From NCBI GenBank assembly GCA_964016885.1, contig OZ024742.1, positions 313,348,001 through 313,412,000 on the forward strand: a stretch of 64,000 bases of DNA, given 5' to 3'. The translations under genes were made by a program, and so were the position numbers. Positions 36,269 through 53,235 of this stretch are shown here, one piece after another. The DNA comes from Eledone cirrhosa. Taxonomy: Eukaryota. Within the stretch, counting starts at the first letter, position 1; each line of letters starts with the position of its first letter. A model generated the notes under the pieces. The model was given only the letters and a program-made list of their open reading frames with translations, was not told where the DNA came from and did not search any database.

Positions 36269-39176
36269 TTATCTGTCAGTCACAACTCCTGACAAATGCA
36301 AGGAGTCAATCATCAGATCAGATCAAGGAAACTATGTTTCTATTGGTTTTTCCATTGTTGATACTATCTGCAAGTTCTGGCAGAAGTATCAGTTTTTTTA
36401 CAGTGACAGGGAGAATGATTTGAACTCAGAATGCAAAAAGAGCAGGAAAGTTGATTAAATCAACGGCAGTGCATTACTGGTGCTTTATCTTATTGACCCT
36501 GTAAGGATGAACAGCAAATCTAACGTCGGTGGGATTTGAACTCATAACATAAAGGGCCACAACTCTATTATGCAAAACATGTTGTCCGACGCTCTACAGA
36601 TACTGCCAATCCACTGTCCTAATGTAACAAAATAATGTAGAGTGTTAAGTCTGACAGAAAGCAACAAATTGTGATGGAGAAGGGTGGGTGGATTTGATTT
36701 GATCAACCCTAACAATTTATATTTATTTTTTCAACTCTTGAAGAACGAAAATCCAAGGCAAATTTGGCAGGATTTGTAATGGGCCATAGTAAAATACTGT
36801 GTGGTATTTTGTACAATGTTACAGTTTCTGCAATTCAACATCAGTTATTTAATCTGGACTCTCACCCAGGATTAGGTAATGAAGTCCCTTTTCCACACTT
36901 CTTTATCCATCATTGCCATCTTCAGTTTTAGGTTCCTGAATAGGTAATCAATGTATGCGACATGATGTCCACCACACTTTCCCACTCTGTGCTGTGGCAG
37001 CCACAAGACCAGCTTTGACACTTCCTCATCTGGATTTCATGAACAATGTTCTGATAACCAGAGTTGACATTCTCTGATCTTTTCACAGGTATTCATTTGT
37101 TATGCTGCTACCACCTCACATCAAAAGCCTCAGATAGCATTCTTATGTAGTAACTATCAAAACTCTTTCCTCTTTGTTTAATGTGTCCATGTCCTGTTGC
37201 TATACAATTCAACAGTAGCTATGAATAACCTATCTTTGATCCTTTTGATTTCAAGATTTTCTTCAGTTTATGGCATTCTGTCCATGTTCAAACTTTCCTA
37301 TATCAGGAGCTGCTCACCCTATCTCCTAGGTACCCAATATCTTCAACTAAATTCAGCTTTCTCCTACTCATTGGTTTAAACTCAGTATTAACATTCTGGT
37401 TGAAAGTCATGTGCTCAGTTTTCTTTACATCTGTGTGCAGCTCAAATCTCCATTTGTTTAGCTCTTAATATCCTATATTGATTTAGTAGAAAAATATCTA
37501 TAAAAAAAGAAAACAGGCTTGCTCATTCAAATGTTTATAAGTATCTTTATCAGTGGACACATTGTAAACATTTGAAATTCTTAATATGATGCAGTTAGAG
37601 TAGTTTTATATTTCTCAAGAGTATTTTGTTGATACAATTTCATGTGGTACAACTCAAGTGCTTGCTGAATTTCAATGGATATCTGTACTATGTCATCAGT
37701 GAAGTAAAGATTGATGATAGTGACAGCAGTTATTTGCCACAATCTCTACCTATGGTGAATCTTAGGTTTTCCTCTGTTGTCTAATGCTTTATGCATCACA
37801 GAGTCCAGAACTATTGGCAAACAGATAAGATGCAAGAGTATCTCCTTACATACTTCAGTGAGCATCGAGAAAAATTCAGTTTCTTTGTCCACAGAAAGTA
37901 AATGAAACACAGCAGGTAATCTTGGTCATCTTCTTCACTGCTCTACAAATGTTGCCATTATTTTCTGCGTTTGACATATTTCAAGTTAAGAAAACCTAGC
38001 AATTTAGAGGAGAGGTATTTTTTGTTTGAACTGATCCAAGTATATTACCAAGTATTTCACTGACTGTGGTATGCTGAAAAGCAATGTCAAATCCATCAGT
38101 AAGATTTGAAGTCAGAATTGTAAATTTAAAAAGGTCTAAGTAAATGCTGCAAGGTACACTACCCATTTCTGTCATTAACTGGGAGCAATGGATGGCACAA
38201 TAGTAAGAATGACATTTAAAAAAAAAAAGTTACATGAAACAAAAAAAAAAGAGGGGAAACATTTTTTTCCTTTTATTTCTTTGAAGGCGGTGGGGCATAA
38301 TACGTATGGAGTATGAAAACAAAAAACAAAAATAAACTTTTGAAACTTTGAACAAGAAAAAAAATTTGATCTTGTACTTGAAGCATGGTTATTTAAATAT
38401 AATTTTAAAAAATTAAACAAAAGCCACCTCCCCACAAAATGTGGGATAAATAGAGAGAGAAAAAAAAATGAATCAATTCATTCATTCATATGTTACAAGT
38501 AATAATCAATCAATCATTTAAATTGGTATGTTCAATAAATTTGTTATCTCTTATATTTATCATTGCGGTGGCTTTCATCACACTTTCTTATTAATTGTTA
38601 ACATTTATGTACTTGAAATTAACCCCTTTAAAGTCCATATCTGCTGGCAACACACATTTCACCAATTGTAGATAACTGCTTGAGTACAGCCATAGTTTAA
38701 GTCCCACCAACAAAGTTAAATAAATAGTAGTAATGGAACTAACAGGCTGTAATTGTAGTATTAGTGGTGGTAGTAGAGGTAAAGGTGGTGGTGGTTGAAA
38801 AATGAGTGTTAGTGAATTGGCACAGACAGCAGAATGTGATTAGATAGATCTGTTTAACCCTTTAGCATTTACATTACTCTATATATACTATATTTTCATG
38901 GTAAAGGCTTTACCTTAAATATTGAATCTATGAGATTTTGATATTTATTTTGAGAACAATACCTTAATATAAGTATGAGTGGCCGGTTACAGCCAGTTTG
39001 AACAGAAAGAGGTGAGAGAAATCTGGTCAGTTTAAATGTTAAAGGGTTAAGTTAGGTGTTCTAATCCCACAAGGGGTTACTTGTTTCTGTTCAGTCAAAT
39101 TGATTACACTATTCCCATATAATTTATGGCCACATGCCAAAGTTAGTAGTTATCATAATCATTATTATTGATAACA

Positions 39177-39372
39177 AGGGCGGTGGATTGGCAGTATCGG
39201 TAGAGGGTCGGACGCCATGCTTTGATGCATAGAGTTACGTCCCTTGCCAGTCTGAGTTCAAATCTCGCCGAGGTTAACTTTGCCTTTCATCCTTACGGGG
39301 TCGATGAAATAAAGTACCAGTAATATACTGGGTATTTGCTGGCCTTGTGCCAAAAGTAGAAACAATTATTAT
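39177..39372 (+). mobile_element. tRNA-derived SINE with (ATT)n tail; most abundant family, more than 15 copies (e.g. 176-790, 3369-3551, 3840-4053, 21297-21490, 26245-26433, 27149-27340, 31015-31208, 34540-34728, 62280-62469, 63425-63911)
   Basis: TGGCAGTATCGG A box, GAGTTCAAATC B box, central CTTTGCCTTTCATCCTTACGGGGTCGAT motif. Confidence 0.9.
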
Positions 39373-40363
39373 TGATAACAACAGTGGTAGGTGTTGGCAA
39401 CATTAGTACATAGGAGTTCTTGTCAGGAACAAACATGATCAGTTAACACATTGAACACCAGATTTTGAAGAAAGTCCACACAGGTAGAACTAAAAACACC
39501 TGTGGGGTCAGACATTATATGGTCAACTCTCATGAGATTGAAGAAGTTCAATTCATAGACAAGGTGATTTTTACATATCTCACAACTGTTAATATAATAA
39601 ACAACTGTAAGATCTGTCAGCATTTAACCCTTTAAACACCAACCTGCACAAAACCACCCATATTAAAGTGTTCACATTTAAATTCAAACCTTGGACAGAA
39701 ATCTCATTATTATATAACAAATAATATTAGATTTCAGTAGTTAAATATTCATCGTTTATTAAGCTGAAACTTAGTTATTTCACTCAATTTTTCATAGTTC
39801 TTGATTATTTTGACAATTAAAACACAAAGGCAGTATATTCTTGTTAGAAGTATGGTCACAAAAGAATTTTTAAAAGAAGTTTTAACTGTAGGACAAGAGG
39901 AATTTACAATTAGCACGGCTTTATAAAAGCAATATCCAGTTTAACAATTGACAATGGAAGTACATAGACTTGAAAGGATTAAGTTATTGACTAAAAGTTC
40001 TCCAGTTAAATGGCTGCAATAGATAACTAGCAAAGCCATTACATATTCTGGCAAGAACATTTAGACATGTAAAGGTTAACTCAATAACTAGATACCCAGT
40101 TTGAATAGGTTACAAGTCAATTGCCACCAACTGTAGCCACAGACAATATCTGTAAGCTTTTAGCTGTTACAAGATTCTACTAATAGTAGTTGTGCACTTC
40201 AAAGAGTAGAATCAGGGACAATGGTTAATTTACAATATGTTGGCAATAGTTGATGGTTGTTGGAGATGGTGTTAAGTAGTAGTGGTGGTGATGGTGTTAG
40301 TAGTAGTAGTAGTGTTAGTAGTAGAAGTAGTGGTGTTTAGGAAGTGCTGCCCTTACTGACGAA

Positions 40364-40407
<44 letters not shown>

Positions 40408-40787
40408 ATCTATATATATATATATAGTTCAAATGTTCAAAATCACACAAGAATGTCTTGTTTAGGTACATATGCCACACCATAAACCCTTAACTCTTTG
40501 TGGAGTCATGAGGGTGTCATCATGACATCTGGCATGTCTTGAGCACTTAAACCTGATGAAGCCAATTCTTTTCTTTATCTGAACCCAGGGGAGGGAGAGA
40601 GAGAGAGAGAGGAAGCATGTGTGAGGGAGAAAGTGGGAGAGGAAGAATCCAGTACTGGACTGGTTATTAATCACGAAGGATGAAAAGTAAAGCTGATCAT
40701 GTTAGGATTTGAATTCAGGGTGCAAAGAGCTGGAACAAATACTACAAAGCATTCTATGCCATGCCTTAATGACTCTGCCAATTAGTC

Positions 40788-41015
40788 ATGTATATATAAA
40801 CACATATATATACATATATACATACACATATATATATACACATATACACACATATATATATATATTTATATATATATACACACACACATATTTATATATA
40901 TGTATATATATACATATATATATATATATACACACACACACATATATATGTATATATACATATATACACACATACATATATATATATGTATATATATACA
41001 TATATATACACACAC

Positions 41016-41046
<31 letters not shown>

Positions 41047-41153
41047 TGTATATATATACACACACACATATATATATATATACGCACATATATATATACA
41101 CACATATATATATATATATATACACACATATATATATACACACATATATATAT

Positions 41154-41194
<41 letters not shown>

Positions 41195-41393
41195 TACATA
41201 TATGTACACATATATATACATATATGTACACATATATATACATATATACTCACATATATATATACATATATGTACACACATATATATATACACATATATA
41301 CACACACACACATATATATATATACATACAAATATATATATACATATATATATATACACATATATATATCTATATACACACATATATATATAT

Positions 41394-41434
<41 letters not shown>

Positions 41435-41787
41435 ATACATATATATATATGTTTGACACAAGAACAAAAAACAACAAAAGATGAATAAATAAAATCAAAG
41501 AAATATGTAAATAAGAGAAACAAGCATTTAGGAATAAATTTAGATGAGAGCTGATGATTGATTTGTTCTCACACAAAATAAACCCCCAAATCTGGTTCTA
41601 TTTAGGTTGAACTGAAATATGGATGAAATAAAGGGTGGGCTGGGTGGAAATTGTGCGCGAGTAGATATCATATATACATATATATACACACATACATACA
41701 TACATATACGTATATATATATATAAACACATATATACATACATATATATATAAACACATATATACATACATATATATATAAACACAC

Positions 41788-41834
<47 letters not shown>

Positions 41835-42176
41835 CACACACACACACACATGCATATATAAATATATATATATATTTACACACACATATATATATATACA
41901 AACATACATACAAACACATACATATACACATACACGTATTATATAAAAATAACAAAAATGTCATGTATGCACATACATATATATTTACACACATATAGAC
42001 ACACACGGATATATGCACATACATACACTTTTGATTAAAATAGACAAAACTATAAAAAATTTATAATATAGAAATACTTTTCGAATAATCTGCAAAAAAC
42101 AATAGCCATTCAAATCCCTCTCTTTAATTTCATTTGTTTTCATTGTAAATCTTTTTGTATGTAATTATGAGTATGG

Positions 42177-42237
<61 letters not shown>

Positions 42238-42348
42238 TATATATATATATATTTATTTACACACATGTATGCACATACATACTAGCCTGTATACAGACAT
42301 TCATATAGATAGAGTTCATTTCAACCATAATACAACAATGAATATATT

Positions 42349-42382
<34 letters not shown>

Positions 42383-42405
42383 CATACATACATACATATA
42401 TATAT

Positions 42406-42438
<33 letters not shown>

Positions 42439-42505
42439 CAAAGATATAAACATATTCAGAGTAGTATGTATGTGTGTGTTGTATGTTTGTGCTTCGTTTC
42501 AGCCA

Positions 42506-42596
<91 letters not shown>

Positions 42597-42705
42597 TTAG
42601 AAATAGAAGCTTTTGCTGCATTTTGCCCTAAGAAAATTAGCTTTTGAGTCAAAATGTGGCGAAAGCTATTTCTAACTCAATTTCAAACTTTGCTTGCGTT
42701 TGCTT

Positions 42706-42762
<57 letters not shown>

Positions 42763-42790
42763 TATATATACACACACATACATACATGTA
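40788..42790. repeat. Compound (TA)n/(CA)n microsatellite field
   Basis: Visible periodicity; source of the Y/I/H ORFs. Confidence 0.92.
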
Positions 42791-44294
42791 CACATATATA
42801 GTTATTTATAGCCAACAATAATTTATGAAATTAAAATTGACAAAAATAAAACAAATAAAAAAAAAACACTAATAAAGGACACACACACCAAACCTGGAGT
42901 AATCATTTGTCTGATTATTTATCAATTATTTTTCTTCTTTCATATATATTTTTTTCTGAATGGTTTATTGATTAAAATGAAATAAACTCACTCAAAACAT
43001 TTTACGGTTGAAGGTGTACTAAACAGTGATGATTGGTGGTACATACACTGTTGGTGGTGATGACGATGATGATGATGATGATCAGAATGAAATAAGGTTT
43101 TGATACATGGATCACATATTCAGGGTGTCACCAAAATATGCTAATAGACATTTATTAGAATGCTGTTGAAGTGTGTATACATTTTTGGGGACATCCTGTA
43201 CATATATACACACATACCAATCAACAAGAAGGGATTAATGAATGCCTTGATTCCATTTCTTGTTAATTATGTTAAATTATCAACTGAGATTCAACCAAAA
43301 AAGGTAAATAAAAAAATATACAGATATGGAACACACATACACACATTTACATCATATATGAATATATATACAGGTTGCCCCCAAAAATGTATATACACTG
43401 ATTACCTGTGCAGACAATATTTATTAGAATGCTGTTGAAGTGTGTATACATCGTTTGGGACACCCTGTATGCATATACACACGCCTAAACACAGATATAC
43501 ATATATGTATGTATGTATATATTATAAGTGAATTTGTGTGCATTTTTGTTACTGTGTGTGAATGTTTGTATGTCTACAAATATATATATATAGATTATAT
43601 ATATATATATATATATACATAGGTTATATATATTTTCTGTAAATATTTGAGTGTGTACATATATATTGGTTTCTGATCTAGTGATCTTTGTAGTACATAA
43701 ATACTCCGATGAATCTTAGCAAACATGCTTTGTTGAAATACCATAGCTATGTTGTAAGAAAATGAGTAAATCAAACACACCCACATAATTAAGTATACTT
43801 ATTTATATATATATATATAGACACACATACATACAGAGTGAGTCACTTAACCTTTAGCATGCTAAATTTTTTATGAATTGCTTCCCTTGACACTGCATTA
43901 TGTATTAAGGGGAGATTACTCTATTGGGGACATAAGTCGCCAAGAGCATGCTGAAGGTTAAACATCCAACATTCACAACACAAACATTAACAAGCAATAT
44001 CTATATTTAAACCACCACTGCTACCAGTCATAAAGTCAACCATCTTATGATTTAGTCAACAGATACATTTAAAAACACTCACAGATGCACCACATATTTA
44101 GATATTAAATAGGAATACACAAATAAATAATTAAAACAATAAACCAACAGTATGAGCTGAGTGTATATATATATATTTACATAAATAAATAGTAAAGTGC
44201 ATGCATTTTATACATATATATATATATATATATAATATACTGCATTCTGTACAACCATCTGAATATATACATAGCTGTTGATTTATACATTCTT

Positions 44295-44373
<79 letters not shown>

Positions 44374-44837
44374 TACACATATATGCATACATACAATCAT
44401 ACATACATAGTATTAATAATTCAAATATATTTATTCACCCGGAAACATGATGCATACACACTCACATACATATCTACTTGTGCACGCATAAGATAGATGT
44501 ATGTTACTTAAAGTTTTAAAATTCCCACTGAGACAAAGTACAAATGTGTGGGCTGTCAGCTTTACCAAGAACCACATATTCCCGTTGTCTGGCAGGTAGA
44601 TGCAATGAAAGAAGGGGGGGAAAATGTCCCTCAATAGAACTAGCACTCATCATCCTTAACATAATAATAATCAACATTACCACCACCACCATCATCAACA
44701 TTACCACCACCACCACCACCACCACCACCACCACCACCATCATCATCACAACCGCCACTACCAGTTGCTCGGTGTGCCACATAGTAGATCCATTACCAGA
44801 ACAGAGAGAGTCAAATAACTATTGTTTTAAGCCGGCA

Positions 44838-45007
44838 TCAATCGAACTTGCGTTGCAATTTGCGTTTCAGTAGAACTGGCAATAACGAAAGACAGGCAAA
44901 GACGGTTAAGATTATTATGGAAGTCCATGACACTGTATCTGATGATGATGTTAGCTCATGTAAGGTAGTACCAGCCTGGATTGCTACAAATGATGGAGGC
45001 CCAACAC
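44838..45007 (-). CDS. TMEM41B: TMEM41B last coding exon, (G)VGPPSFVAIQAGTTL...KRKLQRKFD-stop
   Basis: Acceptor ttatctctag. Phase 1 completes the Gly codon. C-terminus resembles the TMEM41B basic tail. TGA at 44838-44840. Confidence 0.95.
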
Positions 45008-45137
45008 CTAGAGATAAGAACAAGACAGAGAAAAAGAAATTAGGACGTAATAATAATAAAAATAATAAATAGAATAAAAATGACATTCTTTCACAACAAA
45101 ACAACTTAATAATGAGAAAGTTAGTTATATTACTAAA

Positions 45138-45542
45138 TGGTGGTGGTGGTGGTGAATACGATGATGGTGATGAATATGACGATGATGACGACAGCAATGA
45201 TGATGACAACAATGATGATGACGACAGCAATGATGATGACAGCAATGATGATGACGACAGCAATGGTGATGACGACAGCAATGATGATGACAGCAATGGT
45301 GATGACATCAGCAATGATGATGACAGCAATGATGGTGACATCAGCAATGATGATGACATCAGCAATGATGATGACAGCAATGATGATGACGACAGCAATG
45401 GTGATGACATCAGCAATGATGATGACAGCAATGATGGTGACATCAGCAATGATGATGACAACAATGATGGTGACGATTGTCATGGTGACAATGGTCATGG
45501 TGGCGACAGTGACAAGTGATGATGATGGTGATGATGATGATA
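45138..45542. repeat. (GAT/GAC/AGC/AAT) cryptic trinucleotide array next to the last TMEM41B acceptor
   Basis: 15-18-bp AGCAATGATGATGAC(GAC) units. Confidence 0.9.
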
Positions 45543-46217
45543 TCAAAACAACAGAAGTCATGTGTAGAACATCTGTAGGATGATGGCAACACATGCAGGT
45601 CATGTGTAGAATGTCAGTAACAACTACAACAGTAGTAAGAGCAACATTTACCCTTCCCCAGTTCATATACGTGTGGGTGGCTGGATAGAGAAAGGAATCG
45701 TTTATCAGACACACCCATATCTTTATGTCTGATGTAATGGGAAGTGTGTGAGTGTGCTCTGGCCGTTTCGACAGCTAGATCTAGCTGTCGAAATGGCAGG
45801 AGCTCAGCCGTCGGGGTCCTGAATCTTTTCATATTACCCACTCTACACCCAAGTATCGAGTACTCTGGTGGGTTATGGTCCACCTGGTTTTTTACCACAC
45901 CCTTTCTGATATATATATATATATACTCACACACATATGCTAGCAGGGAAAATGGACATAAAATGATTATATATATATATATACATCATCATCACAGTTT
46001 AACATCCATTTTACCACACTAGCATGGGTGTGTGTGTGTATATATATAAATATATATATATATATACGAGAAACAATTGTCAGCAATGAGATTAAAAACC
46101 TTTTTTGTATAGCAAACCGTGTCACTCTTCTTTCCTGATTTATATATATATATATATAGGAACGAGTAGGACCCCGACGGCTGAGCTCAAGCCGTTTTGA
46201 CGGCTAATTCTGGACTG

Positions 46218-48625
<2,408 letters not shown>

Positions 48626-48626
<1 letters not shown>

Positions 48627-48890
48627 TGTCAGTGTTGAACAAACGAGCAACGATGGTTGCTGGACACTACGGCTTAATACGGGATGTTTGTTTACAAACA
48701 CACCGAGCATTATAATAAATGTTCGGTGAATCCATACGTACATATATATATGTGTTCATGTATGTATATATATATATACATACTACTGTACGTCTGTATA
48801 CATATATGTATGTACGTGTACATACTTATATTTAAGTAACAGCCGTACTAAGAGTGGGAAATGAAATTTTGTTTCATTTTTTCCGTTTAA
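48626..48890 (+). mobile_element. Diverged copy of the 8058-8770 pseudo-LTR family, lacking the ribozyme core
   Basis: Homologous to the reverse complement of about 8060-8300 and to the GCCGTACTAAGAGTG tail. Bounded by (TA)n. Confidence 0.65.
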
Positions 48891-49794
48891 TATATATATA
48901 AATATATATATATATACACGGAATAGGCAGACCTAGAAAAACCTGGGACGAGCTGATAAACTCCGACATCACACACTTACACCTCTCCAAGACAATGTCA
49001 CTGGACCGAGACCTTTGGCGGTACTCAGTAACAGAGAAGACCCGCCTTACCTAAATATATAGTAAAACCTACTCCAGCCAGTAGGCATCTCTAACAAAAT
49101 ACACCCCGTCCCACCACCACCACCCCCACCCCATCCACACCACCCCGTTCTATGTAAAGTTATGTTGGTGCCGCGCCATCGAGGCCGAAACAAATGAGAT
49201 CGTGTAGGTGTCACAACAAAAAAACACACAGTCCACGCTGTAATGTGGCCGTGTAGGCAACACGGTAAAAACCTCCCAGACCCACACTGTAAATGTGGTT
49301 GGTGTTAGGAAGGGCATCCAACTGTAGAAAACCTGCCAGACAGTCCTATGCGAGCAAGACAATCACTCTTGCCTCAAGTGGGACTACCCCCGTCCAAACC
49401 CATGCAAGCGTGGAACACGGACGTTAAACGTTGATGATGATGATGATGATGATCATCATCATCATCATTTCATTTTACGTCTACTTTTCCCTGCTTGCAG
49501 GGGTGGGACAGGAACTGATTCTGGCTTGATTTCTACAGCTGGATGCCCTTCCTAACACCAACATCATTTACAGTGAGTGATGGGTGCTTTTTTGCCGTGT
49601 CACCTCCACGACCACTTTGCAGTGGAATGATAGGGACCGCAGTCCCTATCATCTCATTTCTACAGCTGAGTAAACTGGAGCAATGTGAAATAAAGTGTCT
49701 TGCTCAAGGAAACAACACATCACCCGGTCTGAGAATTGAACTCACAACCTTTCGATTGCAAGGCCAATGCTCTAACCACTAAGCCATGTGCCTC

Positions 49795-49841
<47 letters not shown>

Positions 49842-50357
49842 AAGAGGGACAGTGTGTTTGTGTGTATGTACACAAGACAGAGACACCATATGTATACATA
49901 CACATATATAGGTAAGAGGGAGAGAGAGTGAGTGTGTGTGTATGTGTGTGTGTATGTGTGTGTGTGAAAGAAGGAAGAATGTGTATGTGTGTGAAAGAAG
50001 GAAGAATGTGTATGATGGACATATGAATGAGAGAGAATGTAGATTACATAGAAATGTATAGTGTGAGTGGATTACAAGGTGTGAACAACTGTGTTTATAT
50101 ACTAGAGGGTGAGATAGATGGGCAGATACATGGAGAGGGTAGTGGGAGAGTGAGATAGAGAGGGGAGGGGAGTGAGAGAGAGGGGAGAGGGGGGGTGAGA
50201 TAGAGGGGAGAGAGATAGAGAGAGGGAGTGAGATAGAGAGAGGAGTGAGATAGAGAGAGAGAGGTGAGTGAGATAGAGAGAGGTGATTGAGATAGACAGA
50301 GAGAGAGGTGAGTGAGATAGAGAGAATGAGGATGGGGATAGTGAAAGAGAGAGGAGT

Positions 50358-50436
<79 letters not shown>

Positions 50437-50776
50437 ATAAAGAGAGGGGGGGGATAAAGAGAGAGCGAGAGGGGGGGGATAAAGAGAGTGAGATAGAGGA
50501 AAGAAAATAAGTATTTTTCACGCTCCGTCAGGCAGTAAAATAACAGGCAAGCCTGATTGATTATCACCGTTGTTCACACGTGTCTGTGCAGCAGAGAGAT
50601 AATGCTAAGAATTGAAACCAAGAGAAAGCAGGGAATGGATAGTAAGACAGGGGTAGGATGGAACGGAGGTGAATGGAAGGAGGGTTATCTTCATGCCTTC
50701 CTCCCTCAATTTGGCACCTCTTTCTTAACACAAAATTAATAAAAAAAAGATTGATAGTGTACTCAAAACTCAACTG

Positions 50777-52190
50777 CATCACCATAACCATCACCATCAC
50801 CATCACCATAACCATCACTATCACCATCACCATCACTATACCCATGACCATCACTATCACCATAGCCATCACTATCACCACAGCATCACTATCACCATAA
50901 CCATTGCTATCATCATAACCATCACTATCACCATAACCATCACTATCACCATAACCATCACTATCACCATAACCATCACCATCACTATACCCATGACCAT
51001 CACTATCACCATAGCCATCACTATCACCATAGCCATCACTATCACCATAGCCATCACTATCACCATAACCATCGCTATCATCATAACCATCACCATCACC
51101 ATCACTATCACCACAGCATCACTATCACCATAACCATTGCTATCATCATAACCATCACTATCACCATAACCATCACCATAACCATCACCATAACCATAAC
51201 TATCATCATAACCATTACTATCACCATAACCATCACCATCACCATAACCATCACTATCACCATCACCATAACCATCACTATCATCATAACCATCACTATC
51301 ACCATAACCATCACTATCACCATAACCATCACTATCACCATAACCATCACCATCACTATACCCATGACCATCACTATCATCATAGCCATCACTATCACCA
51401 TAGCCATCGCTATCATCATAACCATCACCATCACCATAACCATCACTATCACCATCACCATCACTATAACCATCACTATCACCACAGCATCACTATCACC
51501 ATAAACATTGCTATCATCATAACCATCACCATCACCATAACCATAACTATCATCATAACCATCACCATCACCGTAACCAGAACCATCACCATCACCATAA
51601 CCAGAACCATCACTATCACCATAACCATCACCATCACCATAACCATAACCATCACTATCATCATAACCATCACTATCACCATAACCATAACCATCATCAC
51701 TATCACCATAACCACCACCACCATAACCATCACCCTAACCATCACTATAACTATCATGATCATAACCATCACTATAAATATCATCATCACCATCACCCTA
51801 ACCATCACTATAACCATCACCAACACTATAACCATAACCATCACCCTAACCATCATGATCATAACCATTACCATCGCTATAAACATCATCATCACTATCA
51901 ACATAACCATCACTATCACCCTAACCATCACCATCAGCCTAACCATCACCATACCCATCACTATAGCCACAACATCACTATCACCATCACCATTACTTTC
52001 ACCATAACCAGAACAGTCACCTTAACCATCACCATTACCCTAACCCTAACCCTAACCATCACTATAACCATAACAATCCATCACTATCACCATAACAATT
52101 ACTATCATTATAACCATAACGATCACCTTAACCATCACCTTCGCTATCACCCTAACCATTATCATCACCATCACTATCTCCATCATAACT
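50777..52190. repeat. 1.4-kb degenerate (ACC/ATC/ACT/ATA) triplet array with higher-order repeats
   Basis: Marker CCACAGCATCACTATCACCATAA recurs near 50878, 51111 and 51482. Confidence 0.92.
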
Positions 52191-52497
52191 GCTGCCAGTT
52201 TTAAACACACTCTCTTGTTATATAATGTTATTACACCTACTTCTGGCTTATTTACTCCCCACTTCCACTGACCAGCAGTACTAAATTTCCAACACCCAAG
52301 GAACCTCCTTGTGGTCGCACTACCTGCTAGAAATAGCAGCCAAATTGCCTTAAAAAAACACCCTACTTAAATGGTTTAGTATTGTGTTCATTGCACGTAA
52401 GGAAAAAGGATGGACATGGCTGGAAAGCCTTTAATCACAGGTTGTTTCAATTAGAGTTTACCTGAGGCCAAACAATAACAACATCTAACTCAAGATC

Positions 52498-52711
52498 CAA
52501 TCAGGCCCACCACTTATGTAGTTCCTCACCAGCATCAAAACAATCAGACACACCACTTGCTTAGTCCCTCACTAACATCAAAACAATTAGACCCACTACT
52601 AACTGAGCCCCTCACCGACATCAAAACAATTAGACCCACCACTAACTGACTCCCTCACCAGCATCAAAACAATCAGACCCACCACTTACTTAGCCCCTCA
52701 CCAGTATCAAC
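52498..52711. repeat. ~43-bp minisatellite, about 5 copies
   Basis: CCTCACCAGCATCAAAACAATCAGACCCACCACT-like units. Confidence 0.8.
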
Positions 52712-52969
52712 ACTAAACAGTGTACCACACAACTCTTCAACTCCACCTCAATACTTTACACACCTACTCGGGTCTGAGACAATGAAGGACTTCTACATGG
52801 CCATTTGAAATGTTAAAAATAGCAGCCACATCTCCCTAATTTTAAACACTTTTCCTAAACCAAATCAGCATGAGACAGTATGTGACAAGGCTGGGTCTTT
52901 GAATTACAGATACAATCCACCCATCCCCATCTACCCTAATTCCACTCACAATGCTTGTTAGCCAGAGTC

Positions 52970-53235
52970 TAAGTCTGTCTTAAGCTAGAAATCTCATTAG
53001 GCCAGTGCTTATCCTGGTTTCATGGTGTGAAGCAACTAAGAGTACAAGATTTGCCCCTGGACAGGATGCCAGTCCATTGCAGGGTTAAACCCCACCTATT
53101 GCTGGTACTCATTTTCAGCTGAGTATACTGGAGCAACGTGAAATGAAGTGTTTTGTTCAAGAACACAACACGCAACCCAGTCCAGGAATTGAACCCACGA
53201 CATTATGATCGTTAATCAAACACCCTTACCACTAG
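52970..53235 (-). mobile_element. Second tRNA-derived SINE family (also about 4300-4580, 28330-28570, 31500-31720)
   Basis: Shared GGACTGGCATCCTGTCCAGGGG core and tRNA-like head. Confidence 0.75.

Noticed and set aside
38170-44837. TMEM41B 3' UTR end and poly(A) site
   Set aside because: Many AATAAA candidates in AT-rich sequence; the true end cannot be chosen without transcript data.
45112-45583. Asp/Asn/Ser-rich 135-aa ORF resembling an acidic biomineral protein, and the 208-aa minus ORF N-terminus
   Set aside because: A (GAT)-type microsatellite inside the TMEM41B intron. Only 44838-45007 is exon, as defined by the acceptor and homology.
52498-52711. CRISPR-like spaced repeats (also 61633-61860 and 63420-63570)
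   Set aside because: Whole units repeat with no unique spacers, the context is eukaryotic, and two of the arrays derive from SINE or LINE sequence.
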